A stretch of DNA of 64,000 nt, taken from positions 10,047,129 to 10,111,128 of the forward strand of contig CM082576.2 of NCBI GenBank assembly GCA_040954595.2, written 5' to 3'. This DNA is from Balanoglossus misakiensis (Eukaryota > Animalia > Hemichordata). How positions within the stretch are numbered: the stretch's first letter is position 1; each line of letters opens with the position of its first letter. Below, piece after piece: positions 12,898-25,200 of the stretch. A program made the position numbers and the translations under genes. Below the pieces are notes generated by a model, which searched no databases, had not been told where the DNA came from, and saw only the letters and a program-made list of their open reading frames with translations.

Positions 12898-13371
12898 ACC
12901 AGAGGTGTTTGTAAATGTTGAGATTCGCCCACCCTGTACTGTCTACCGACAACTTTGGTTTCTTTCTATCAAGATTAAACGTTGATTTATAAAATTAAAA
13001 CTGTAGAACTAATTACCAAACTAATGACATATCAGTCCCACCTTATAATATTTGTATGATGTTGCTTCCATCTGAGTATACGTTTTTTTTTAATTTTTAA
13101 TTCTTAAAATTGTTATCAAATTTCTATTTTATAAGACTGAATCAAGAGCATGTATTTATTTTGTACATTATATATTTTTTATATGTAAGAACGATGTATT
13201 CAATCATAATTCTTGTTAGGGTGAAAATTTCGGCTCCACCGTCCCTGAATTTAAAGTTCTTTTAGCCTGCATGTACGTAAAAAAAAACCTTTCTAGTCTA
13301 TAATACTGTCAAAAAGTAGGATGGTTAACTCAGGAAATAAAAGAGGCATTTTTTCGCGTTTTGTGATGACG

Positions 13372-14954
13372 TTATGTGTATTTGAGGGCTTCCCGTTTAC
13401 TCAGAGACGAGAGTTCGTCTTCGTTTTCTTCAACGAACGCCTTCACATCTTTTGGATTGACTTTCGAATATTGTCTCAGAGACCAACCAATCGCCTTCCG
13501 GATGAAAAAATCTTCCTCCTGAGCACACTGTCGGCAGAATCTGCAGAAATAAGGACGATGTTTGTGTCACAGTCGGGAGGGGAAAAGGGAGGCGGGGGAG
13601 TTGGCTTCATGATATTGAGGAAAGTCATCAACTTTTCACATTGTTTCCGTAATTTTGGTTGAATTGTTTTCTGATTATGAAATATACTTATTACAGCACT
13701 AGTCTTCATTTTCAGCTCGCTGGGTTGAACATACGTATTCGCAATATTATATAGAAAAAGATTCAGGTTGGCTTATAAATATGTAAGCAATGCATAACTA
13801 CATGTATATGATTTTATTAAAATTTATATTACAATAAACAAGTTAACTTTAAAACGTGGCCTTTTATCTATTCAATAACTATAAATATTCCTGAGGTATT
13901 GAAAAATCCGAGCCCATCTCTACATTATGATTTAATTCAGATTGCGATGCAATTATCTTACCGGAACAGTTTTTCTTTATCCGTGTTTTCTTTGTAACTG
14001 AGTTGGTGCAATATGGCGACACGACGCACCCACATGTTTTCATCATTGATCCATTTCTCCATGACGGGACCCATGACGTCAGCACGTGACTGGGCCAGTG
14101 AACCAACCACTGCAAAGTGATCAGAAAGAAAACATGGAAAATGTGAGGATTAATGAATAAAAAGACGGACTTGAAAACTATTTTCAATGGGCACGACAAA
14201 CCTAATGCAATGCAGCCAAGTGAAGTATATTAACAATCCATTTTTACTTTTAAAGTTATACGAAACGTCTCTCCGTCTGATGTAGACCTCGGATTCATAT
14301 CAATTGTATAAAAACGTCAAGTACTCGACATGCAGCACAATAATAGACCCCTTCAACTCACCGCCAGCTAGGGCGTCCACCGTGTCCCACCAGCTCTTCG
14401 TTGTTATCAGTTTTTTCAACAACCGCGTAGTGGTCAAGTACTCTTCCTTCGATGCCCCACACAAGGACAGAGTCTTATCATTGGCCATATCTAGTCCCAG
14501 GTACTGGTATTCTCTCTCATTCTGTTGCCATAGTAATTCGAGGATCTCTCTGATGGTAGGAGGTTCGACTTGGCGGAGCTGCTTGAAAACCTACGGGATG
14601 GTGTGTTTACGTGAAGTTTTGAACAGGTGGTTATTGTCCGGGGTTCAACGTTCCTTAACGTGGATACAATACAATAACTGCAACTTTACTAACCTCTTTG
14701 CTGATAACTCTTCTGGGTTGACTCTGAATACCGAAAAATTCAAACTGATCCCTCATATACTTCTTCATATCAACCGCTTTCCTCGGGTCAGCTGCGGCTC
14801 GGTACAGCTTGGTGACTTTGGCCAAAAAGTCTGCCACAGCGCCACCACGCATCGATCCAGAGATATCAGCAACACTTTGTTTTACGGCTTTTTTCTCGGG
14901 AGGATCGTTGTCTGCCTCACATGCGCGGCGTCTACTTCTTCTTGTCTTCGGCAT
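13372..14954 (-). CDS. alkD: AlkD-family HEAT-like-repeat DNA alkylation repair glycosylase (PF08713-type)
   Basis: Four in-phase exons 14954-14694, 14590-14362, 14109-13962, 13540-13372. Protein motifs MKKYMRDQFEFFGIQSQPRR, LWQQNEREYQY, TKSWWDTVDALA, WINDENMWVRRVAILHQLSYK, EDFFIRKAIGWSLRQYSK, LSKREALKY match Bacillus AlkD as I recall it. Confidence 0.9.
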
Positions 14955-16232
14955 ATCACAAAATTATATATATTCTGTTATCCTGTCAAATAAATGAAAT
15001 GATAGTTATTCCCTCTGAAAACAAAACTGAACAACAAAACTTTCCCCGTGCAGTTTTGGCCGCATCTTCGCGTTAACTCTTTTTTTCCCACATTACAGTG
15101 TCAGGAAACGAGTGAAACACTGAATGGTTCTGTGAATGTCTGTCGACTTACTCTTTCGCAAAATCACCAGGAGGCATTTTACAACGGAGAAAAAATCCCG
15201 AGGATATAACTGCGATACCGAGTATACCAGCATAGGGTTCGAGCAGGTCGTCATGGTTACAACGCGTTTGCGATGGCTTTCACGAAGCTGGATCAATAAG
15301 GATTCCTTCTGCGATGAAAGAGTACCGCAACTACATTTTGTAGCCCTAACTAATCATGACAAGCATTGACCTTTGTGAAAATTGAATTCCAATATTGCCT
15401 GCAGTCACGAAACTCTGATGGTGTCCGAAGTAAGATAGGCCCAGGCCCTGAATCCAGAATTTACGGTTCATGTACATGTACAATTCCGAGGATTGTGGCC
15501 TCAGGGAGGTTCAAGGTTTAACAAAGTGCTATGGGGATGGAGGTGGCCACATTATACATGACCAACACGCAAGCCCCAAACTTCTCCGACCCACCCCATA
15601 ATAATTGCAAACTCCTTATATCGCGTGCTCAGATTGTGTCGGCAAAAAAATCATACACGCGATGTACTGTTCCTTCGTCGTAGATTCTATGCATAGGTAA
15701 GCCCTATAATGTTGACGGAAATCTCTATTTAAAAGAGAGAATACATATCTTTTGCAATCATGGATAGCGTTTGGGAGAAGAGGGTGTGATTACTGTTACA
15801 TCTGATGTGAAGAAGATAGCGTTTAGTCATCACGAGCTCTACGCATGACAATTCACCCCGGAGGGTGTATGCTCAGTAAGAGGAACATCTACAGGATCTC
15901 CTCCAGCGCTGTCAAAATTCGCATCGTGAAATATTTAGTTTGAGGAAAAAACTGCACGTTTGCGGTGGTACCCTGGATTTCGGAGTCTCGACCGATGCAA
16001 CATTTATGAAATTCAGTGCAGTAGTTGCAATTCTGTGACGCGTGTTTTGATTCAGGGCGGCTGATTCGCGGTGGATGTTCGGGGGCTTGACTGGGCTTAT
16101 AGATTACAATCACTCTGTTTGGAATCCGTCAACTTCAGTAAAGTGTCTACTGTCTACCACGTTGTAGCTTGCAGTCAGCCGCGCGGCCTTGGTGTATATT
16201 TCCGATTTGTTTCTGAATCTGCCTCAGCCATC

Positions 16233-19200
16233 ATGGGTGGACTTTTCAGCAGGAAGAAAAACTACAATGTGACCGATAAGGCGGAGAAGGATAAAGTCGA
16301 CGACGAACCTGTAGCAGACGCCACGGAAGTGAAAAAGAGCGATGACCAGGTCGAAGTGAAGAATGGCGCTGAGCCCGCAGCAGCAGCAGCGACGGAGGCA
16401 GGGGCCACCGCACAGGAACAGGACAAGAAAGATGTCAAAACTCTAGAGAGGGAAAACAAGAAGAAGGAGGAGGCGAAAAAGAAAGAGGAAAAAGAAAAGA
16501 AAAAGAAGGAGGAAGCCAGGAAGAAAGAGGAGGCCAAAAAAGAAAAATTGTCCAGGAAAGATTCGAAGAAGGAAGAGAAGAAGAAGGAAAAAGAAGCGAA
16601 GGCCGCGAAAACTGTGGAGGGTGCCCCTAAGGCGGAATCCAAGGAGGCGAAGAAAGAAGAAACCGTAACAGAAACCAAGACAACAGAAGTCACAGTTGTG
16701 AAAGTCGAAGGAAAGGAAGAAGTCGTTACCGTTACAGAGAAAAAAGTCATCACTAAGGAGGAGGTAAGCGATACTGTTATAATGTACGGAATTCCGTTCG
16801 ATCGGATATCATGTGTCGTGTCTGTCACATGGTATTCGAGTCGCTCAAATGTCATCATCGGTCAGAAGTTCGTACACTAGTCGACGAAGAAATTGGTAGA
16901 TATGTGAAAACAATATTCACACCGTATTAGTTCGCAAGGAATATATACTATTTCATACAAAAGCGAATTATGATAGGATCATTAGATTTGATCCATTGCT
17001 GATTCGCATTTCAAATATGTCTACACTTAACTTCTGATTATTTATTGATACTTGACATTAAAATTGACACATTTTATTACATTTATAAACGTTGCCTTGC
17101 TTCTTTTTTTATTGCGTTACGTCATATGGACGTGATCGGAGCAGATAATTGGCTTACAATACAATTCTTTCATATAAAAGGTCTCACCGCAGACGGGTCT
17201 GTTCATTGTTTCCTCTCAAAGGAAACAAATCATAGACTTCCACCACTCGAAGGAAACAACGGCTTTACTTTTTTCAGAGACACACCAAAAGTCAGTGGCC
17301 CGTGGTTTGGCGCCAAATTTCGGCCAAGCCAATGCGTCCGGGTTGCTCCTGCCCAACCCTTGAATGTGGGTTGGGAAGGAGGACCTGCACGTAGTGCTAG
17401 ATGCCGATGACCAGCGTTGACATTCAAAACTGTTGTCGTTCTGTCTGTCCACAAGACAACACAGCCTGCCCAAGTTTTGTCGGCAACCTTCAAAAGGACG
17501 AATGTTTTGTGCAGCCGATGGTCTGTGAACCGTATGTGGGGCACGTCTACATGCATTATTATAGCGTTGGGATGGGCTTTGTTCGCCTTCCATGATGCTC
17601 AAAGCAGACACCCCAGGCGAACCCTTGTATTTGCATAACATAACATAGACTCCCCAATGAAAAACAAAAAATATTTCTTTATGTCATTGTTATGTAAATA
17701 TATGATGTAGTCATATTATGTTTTGTATTATTTTTACTAATTTTCTGCCTTTGGTAGATTTTGAAATTATACAATTTTGAAACCAATGCCTCCAAGTCGA
17801 ATAGCAACATTAAATGCCATGTTTTAATGTGGGGACATTTTAATTTTTGTGTGATAATTACTTTTTTTCGAGGCTGCATCTTATAAATTTCACTGAAATA
17901 CGTAATGAGAATGCACAAAAGGCAACTTTCTTTAAATTCTGACACATTTTGCAAACATTCATAGGTGAACTATCACATTATATCACTCACAAAGTCAAAT
18001 CATAGTTTTGATTTTAAGTTAATTATGGAGCAATTAGTTATTCAAGATATTCATTAGGTGCATTTGTATATTGTAAGTGCCATCATGTTTAATCATCTGG
18101 TCATTTCCATAGTGCATGTAGTCTAAATATAGCCTTGCCTACCAATACGTTGTTTATGGTCAAAGGGGCATGGTTGAAAACTATGGTATTTGAAAGATAG
18201 GCCGAGGAATGTGCAGATCGATGCAGAGGCCACCCCAGTTTCATTGTGCAGGACTCTCTGTATGCATAAGTTTCCTGAAAGACTGTTAAAAACGTTTTTG
18301 TAGTTACAATTTTATGCAGAACTGGAGTTTCCTTTATTTCGTCTTTTGCAATCCACCCCCCCCCCCCCCAAACCAAAAGATCATAGTAGTTGATCACTGA
18401 ACATGCGCTGGTTCCAGATTGTATTGAATAGAGTTAGAGATGTGTCCAGCCTGTGTTTCTCAAATCCATTAGTGTTCATAGTATTACGATACCTGACATT
18501 TGAATAGACCCCGGTACAAACAAAACCACGTGCGCAAACAAAATACAGAAATAAATGTGTTCCTATGTACATATTTCGTGTTTGCAATGCCACTATCACA
18601 GGACTTCAGTGAGTGTCTGCTTGTTTTCTACAGAACACTGCATCCATGCAACATTTTATTGCAGAGCAGGCCTATTATCAGTGGCAGTCTTTGTCAAGAG
18701 ACCTCTGCTATCAGACAAATACTGATCAGGATTTAAGGAGCAAATTGCCTGAGCTATAGAACATGTTTCCCTTTACAACACGTGAAAGTTTGCGTAGGAT
18801 AAACAGCTCATCAACGGAATGGTATCTTTTTGTGCCAGTAGCATTTTGGGTGTTGTTTTTAGCTTCCATTTGGTATGTGTAATCTATACCACTGGTTACA
18901 AAATAGGAGCTGGAGTTTACACAGAATATTTCTGCAATTCTCAGCATGCTCAAAGTAAATTGAGCCGCCAACTTTCTGTTTTAGGACTGTTTTTATAGTC
19001 TTCTAATTTTTTCACTGTCTTCAACAAAGTAACAATTGTGACAGATATATGTACCAGTGATACCAGAGATCACTTATTGTCACCGTTAAAAATATATTAT
19101 TTTTGCGTGAAATTTCACTCGATCTCAATAACCACTGGTCTGACCTTACAGATGCCACCACGAGTCCACCAAAGCTGCACTCCCACAGCTAATAAGCCCA

Positions 19201-22200
19201 CTAGTCTCTTTGATTGATCAGGTTAATTTGTGTTGGTCATGGAGCAGGTTTGTGTTGGACATCGATGAATAAAAGACCAAATATCACCGTTTAAAGGAAA
19301 TATCACGCTTGAATATGATCAAAGTGGAGCACAGTGTCCTTGACGCTATTATCGTCCAGTGGGAGGGGGTGTCTCTCAATGAAATGTCCCAGGATGCCAG
19401 AGATTGACCTCGAAACCCAATTGCAGGCTGGAAACCTCTTTGTCATGTTAACCCAAATAATCCTTTCAACTTGTAGCAAACAGAAAGTCAATGTGTAAGT
19501 GACCAGCAGGACAGCGTGCCACATTCAAGGTTTCTACTGTTCAGGCAAAAATGCAGCCAATGCAGAAGGCCTTCAGTGTATAACGATAAGATGCAAATAT
19601 TATGTCTAATTTCTTTCCTCTTTAAATGAGGGAGATTTTGAGGCAAAAACTTTATTGAATTCTCATCTACATGTGAATTTGAGACCAGAGAAGATATCCA
19701 TATTTGATGATGAATGTCATTTTGTAAAATGGGCACTGGGTTCGACGTAGGCAATCTCTTATGCATCACAAGGGGAAATACAACAGCACTGGTATGTGTA
19801 TTTGCCCTAAAAGTACACACAGGAAGTAGCACATTGGAAATAACTGTATGTTGGTTTTTAATGAGTGATTAATTGGGGGAACAGTTTTATTTTGTAGTGT
19901 TGAATCAGCCAAGTTTGTGTTAAACATTCACAAACTGGCGTCAGCAAACCACAATACATAGGGGGACATGGTGTGGACTTTGCTAGTTGAAATTGATCAA
20001 ACATCACTTCCATGGTTAAATTTTAAAAGATAAAAATCACAGCTCACATAACTCCGCAGCTTTGATTGAAACAAATCATTTGAATTCATCTGTAATTAGC
20101 AAATTGGAACTACAGAGATGGCAGTCAGTGATATCGAAAGTTTCACTTCCATGTTTCATGATCCAGTTATTCACAATGTGTGTTTTTGATAACAGGAATT
20201 TCATAGCCTGGTTTTAAGGTGTATCTGTGTTGTGACGTGTCATTGAAATGTGGAGACTCAGCGAAGAGATTTGTTTTGTGTGACTGCAAAACAGGTAGTG
20301 TTGTCAGACAGGACATAAATAAGGCCTCAATTAAACAATTCAGTGTGAATCTGAATTGTTTACACAAGTTTTATTGATTAACCCAGGGAAGGCCAGTGAA
20401 AGCACGGAAGACCTTGGCTTCAATGACTACCTGTTTTTTTGTGTGTGCATGTGCTTGTTTTACAACAAAAAATCTCATGCCGTCTTTCATCCAAGTATCC
20501 TTGCAATTATTTATAATCCGGCCAATTGTTCAAATATAAAGTGATGGTTTAAGCTGTATTGATGAAAAATGAATAAATATCCTTGGGTGTATTGGCATAT
20601 TCTATTCAGAAAATTATAACAGTGGCTTTTTACTTTGTTCAAAAATTTCGGCTTTGCAGTTGAAATATCAATAGTGTGATAAGCTCACTGCTGAATTTTA
20701 AAGACTTTACTGACATCACAAAGCACTTTAAAAATGTGGTTTTTGGCCAGTAATGTCCTGTGTAACCAGGTTTGGATGTTTGACATAAGTCTGAGGAAAG
20801 CTGAAATTTTCATAGTGATCATGAAAGTATAAATTCTGTAACAAATTTCCATGTTCTAAACTTCAAACATGTTTTCTCAGTCATACAACAAGACTGTTCA
20901 TTGAAGCTACACAATTGTTTCTGGGATATTGTCTAACAAAGTTTATAACTATTGTGGAAGTGAATAGGACTGTTAATCATGTAACGATGAAGACATAAAG
21001 TTAACGTTTACTTGACAGATTTTTCATGGACATATAAGTTTACAATGTTCATGTTATAAAAAAATTTAGACTTCGAAGTGATAAAAATATCAAGATATTA
21101 GTGACCAGTTTTCAGGTAGTAAAAACATTAATGGTAGCCAGTTTAAATTTACAGCTTTCATTTGGACTAAAGTAGTTATATTCATTAGTTTTGTTGTCTC
21201 AGTGGAAGGCTTATTTTGAATTGTTTGGCTTCTTCAGACATATTTAAACACTGGTTAAAAGTGTGCAACTTTTACAGGGTTGCAGAGAGAGCTGATTTAC
21301 ATGAAATTTTAAGAATGTGATGACATAATTTCTACAAATAAACCGTTATCTCTACATTATGCAACACAGTAAGAAACATCAGGTAAATGAATATGATGGT
21401 TATGAAAAATTAAAGGTACTGTCACCAATGCAAATTTAGCCAATCATGGCTTTTCATGGTGTGGCCACGTGAAAAAAAATGCACCAACAAAAGTGCCATT
21501 TGAATACGTAGACACACACTTTTAATCATACGTAGGCACATAATTGTAAATTACATGCACATGTGATTATATTTTCTGTCGACATATAAAGTTTCCCACT
21601 TTTAGATATTTTTATTTGAACTGAAGAATTACTCTGCCAGATTGGGTCTTTTATAATCAAGTTTTGGTCATTTGCATATGGGGTGAATGACCCTTGAGAA
21701 CACGTTGCTCCTGTTGTGACTGGTTTCAAAATAGTGAAGCACGTAATGTCTCACAGTGTCTGGTCTTTCATTTATGTTTGTTTAGGCCCACTTTCAGTCA
21801 CCAGTGAACTAACCACTTATGTAATTCCTTCAGTAGTATCAGTTGCAGTAAAAGTGGCAAGCCTGACAAAAATGCCAGGATCGTGCTATTGTTCTTTCAT
21901 CATCTTCCTGCTCAGTGGCTACTGTCTGCTGAACTTTGACCTCTGGTAGCGCCGTATTTTCTAACTGCAGCAATGGGCTGTAATGTTCATTTGATCAACA
22001 GCACAACAGCAACGCACATCCTAAACCAGCATATCCAATGTAAGCTAGGGTGTTATAGTTAGATAGAACTAATAGACATAGCTGGTGACTGTCTTTTCTC
22101 TCAGGCCCTTATGAGCACAGACATTCAGCCATGCAACTGCCTCCGTTTAATAGGTAGCCAATGCAAATGGACATTTTTGGAAATCAATAGCATGATATGA

Positions 22201-25200
22201 TCTGTGCAAATACAATCTGGCATCTTTGATGCAATTGGATGCATTTTAATGAGAATTAACTGAACTGATGATGCCTAGTGATGTGGAAAGGTTGCACTCA
22301 GTGGGTCTCTTGAGATATAATCCAGGGCAGCGCAGTTACTGAATATCTCAGACATGCCATGTTTCTTTGTCAAGGATCGATAGAAGTGTGACAAGTGTGT
22401 GATTGCATCACATAAATACGAGTGTTTCGATGACCACTTTTCACAATGTTTCTATGGTACCCTCCAATATAATGTCATAGTGTACTGTGATATATAGTGT
22501 TCCTGTTGAAGTCTGAAATGGTTGGTGCAAATATTTTTTTTTGAAACACTCAGGTAATACGGAAAACCCTATTTAATTTTGAAATAAAGTTTTCAGCAAG
22601 TTTCAATAAAGGTGTGTTGAAATTACTGTTGACATGTGTAGTACTTGGTGTGCAGCGGAAATTCCCTGAATAGTGTTATTTTACAATCCATTGATGGGGA
22701 CGACAGAGAGCCCTTGTAAGAACATCTGGGCCCAGTTGCTCTGAGTTGGGGCCGCCATAAAGCTTTCCGTTGTGTGGCCTGAGGTCAGGTGATTGATGAA
22801 TGAAGTATTTTCCGTTTGATTCAGACGCAGTTGTCGGACGGGAGGTGGGAAAAGTCTCAAGAGTTGGTAGTGGAGCAAACAGCTGAACAAAGATACGTAA
22901 ACACTAGCTTCCCATGAATGTTATGCGGTATCGCTGCTGTCCACACGTGTTTGTGGAGTCAGGAAGGAAATTTGCCATTGTGTAGTAGAGGGATAGTTGG
23001 ATGCGGGAGGATGTGAGGTTCCTGTGTAGAGAAAGCTATCATCACACTTTTCTCTGCTCAGATTTCCCTTCCTGGTTGTGTGACATAAATACTGTCATCC
23101 TCTTTGTCTGTCGCGCCGTCTTCGGATGGCTTGGGCGAAAGGGGTGTATTCCTTAGAATCCACCTGGGAATGGCTTAAGGACATGATTATCCAATTTGAA
23201 TCACATCAAGCCAGTCTGTATTCAGAGACCGTGTCACCTGATAACTGATAGTGAAAGGGTGGACGGCAGGGCGAATTGCTTTTTCTTCACACAGAGATTT
23301 GTTACAGACAGCAAAGGTCACACCACCCCAGTTTTCAACTTGCCCGTTTCAAGTTCGTCAACATCAATGTATGAGTAATTGAGAATTTTAAGGCCCGAGG
23401 CTTTAGAGTAGGTTATGAAGTCAAGTAACGGAATAGAATTTAGATCAAAACAAGATCAACTGTTTAATGATACAGGACAGTACTGTAGTCCCATTTGTGT
23501 GGAGAGGATATGAAATGGAACAAATCGTATCATCATGAGATACTTATCGACATTATATGGGCTAGTGATGTGCTCAGTGTGGGATAATTTCATCTCTGCG
23601 TTTTGGATTGCAGGAGATAATACCTTGGTCCAGTGCCAAGTACTGCTGTCTACCCCTTCTTTCATTTTCAAATCACATGGTTTATTGCCTTAACCTTTTT
23701 GCTGTTGTCCTAAGTCATTTAATCCATTCAGCTTAATCATATTCACTAATGTGGTTGGGAAAAATGGAGGAAACAGGTTTTATGTCTGATGCGAAAATAC
23801 TGGTAATAGCTCAGACTAGTATTTGACAAAATTGCTATTTTTTCCCTTTCTGTGAAGCTTAAATGTGGTGTTAACCAAATTTTAAAATAAGGCCACTTGT
23901 CACAAAACAAGCAAGTTCTGTCATTATCATTGTTGTAGCTATCTAATTCCCTTTGCTTCATTCCAGTGGTTACAATACCAGCATAGGTAGATTAGACTTT
24001 GACAGTGATATCATTTGGACATTGATATTGTCAATTTCACTGAATACACTGCAGTCAAGTGGCAATTACACTCCGACATTGACGAGAGAGTAATCAGAGA
24101 GGCTGGCTTAGTAATGATGGTGACATATGGCTATTGAATTCCATTAAGTGGCAATGATTGATAAAATGAAGTCAATTTTGAACTCCACTTATGTCGTTGA
24201 AGTATTGTTATAATTTCCTGAGGTGGAATTTCTTTTCTTTTGTAATGAGGTATCTCAAAGTCTCATTGTTGCAAGTAGAGCTTTCTCGTCAACAAATCAG
24301 GCTCTCCTGGGGGATCCTATCAAACATTTAAAATAGACTGTTTGCTTAGGGTGACATTGAGGTATTCAGTTTATCTGATGCTCAGACCTCTGCAGCCCAG
24401 ACTAAATGGAGAATTGGTTTCTGAAAGATTTTACGATATTTTACTTGTCAGCGCTGTTTCTGTGCAGAGTGTAAATTAAATTAATTTTGAGGTATAAAAG
24501 CTGACATCCTCTGGAGGAGTGTTTTTGACAGCCACAGTCATTAATGCGACCAGGAAGTGAGCATCACCGAAACAGTGTTCATGGCAAAATGGTTTTGCTT
24601 GGCATTGAATAAAATATTTACATACACCCACACTGAATGTCAGAGTTAGATTTGTATTTGAGATGCTGATGAAAGAGATATGTGATGAATACGTCAGTTA
24701 TAGAATTGTATTGCCTCCCTTGCTGATGCAATCACCAACATCGTGACATGGGGAGAAATTGTTTAATTACTGATAGTAGCTTCAGTTGCATTGTGGTGGT
24801 ACGTCAGACATGTATGCATCATGACACGCATAAAATTTTATATTTAGTAAACTATGATATGATTTTTTGAAGGTTAGAAAAAAATTAACGAAATTTATTT
24901 TAGGTGTGATTTCAGCAAAAATGTCCGTTTGTGTATTGTCTGTCTCGTGTGCTCGGAAAAAAATCTGACTATGATGCAAGACAATATGAATGTTCTAGGC
25001 TTTCAATGAATGAGTCACTGTAGTCAGAAACCCTTAACCTCTGTTGACCTGCCATTTCAATGTTTGTGGGTTTTGAATCACCTCTCTGAGTCTAAAAATA
25101 AAAGATTAATTGTTCCCATGTATGGTGGTAAAAAAGTTCTTTTCTGTTCAGTTCCAATCCTGTCCTAATTATAATTGGATGTCGAATGCATACATGGAAT

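Noticed and set aside
13372-14954. Bacterial contamination as the source of alkD
   Set aside because: It has three canonical spliceosomal introns, host-like composition and animal flanking genes.
14304-14993. 229-aa plus-strand ORF
   Set aside because: Antisense to the AlkD exons, with no recognisable motifs.
16262-16858. 198-aa F/S-rich minus-strand ORF
   Set aside because: Antisense of the K/E-rich first exon.
22694-22744. MGTTES... possible third myristoylated first exon
   Set aside because: It stops after 16 codons, and the GTAAG donor at 22716 is phase 1, incompatible with the phase-0 exon at 38803.
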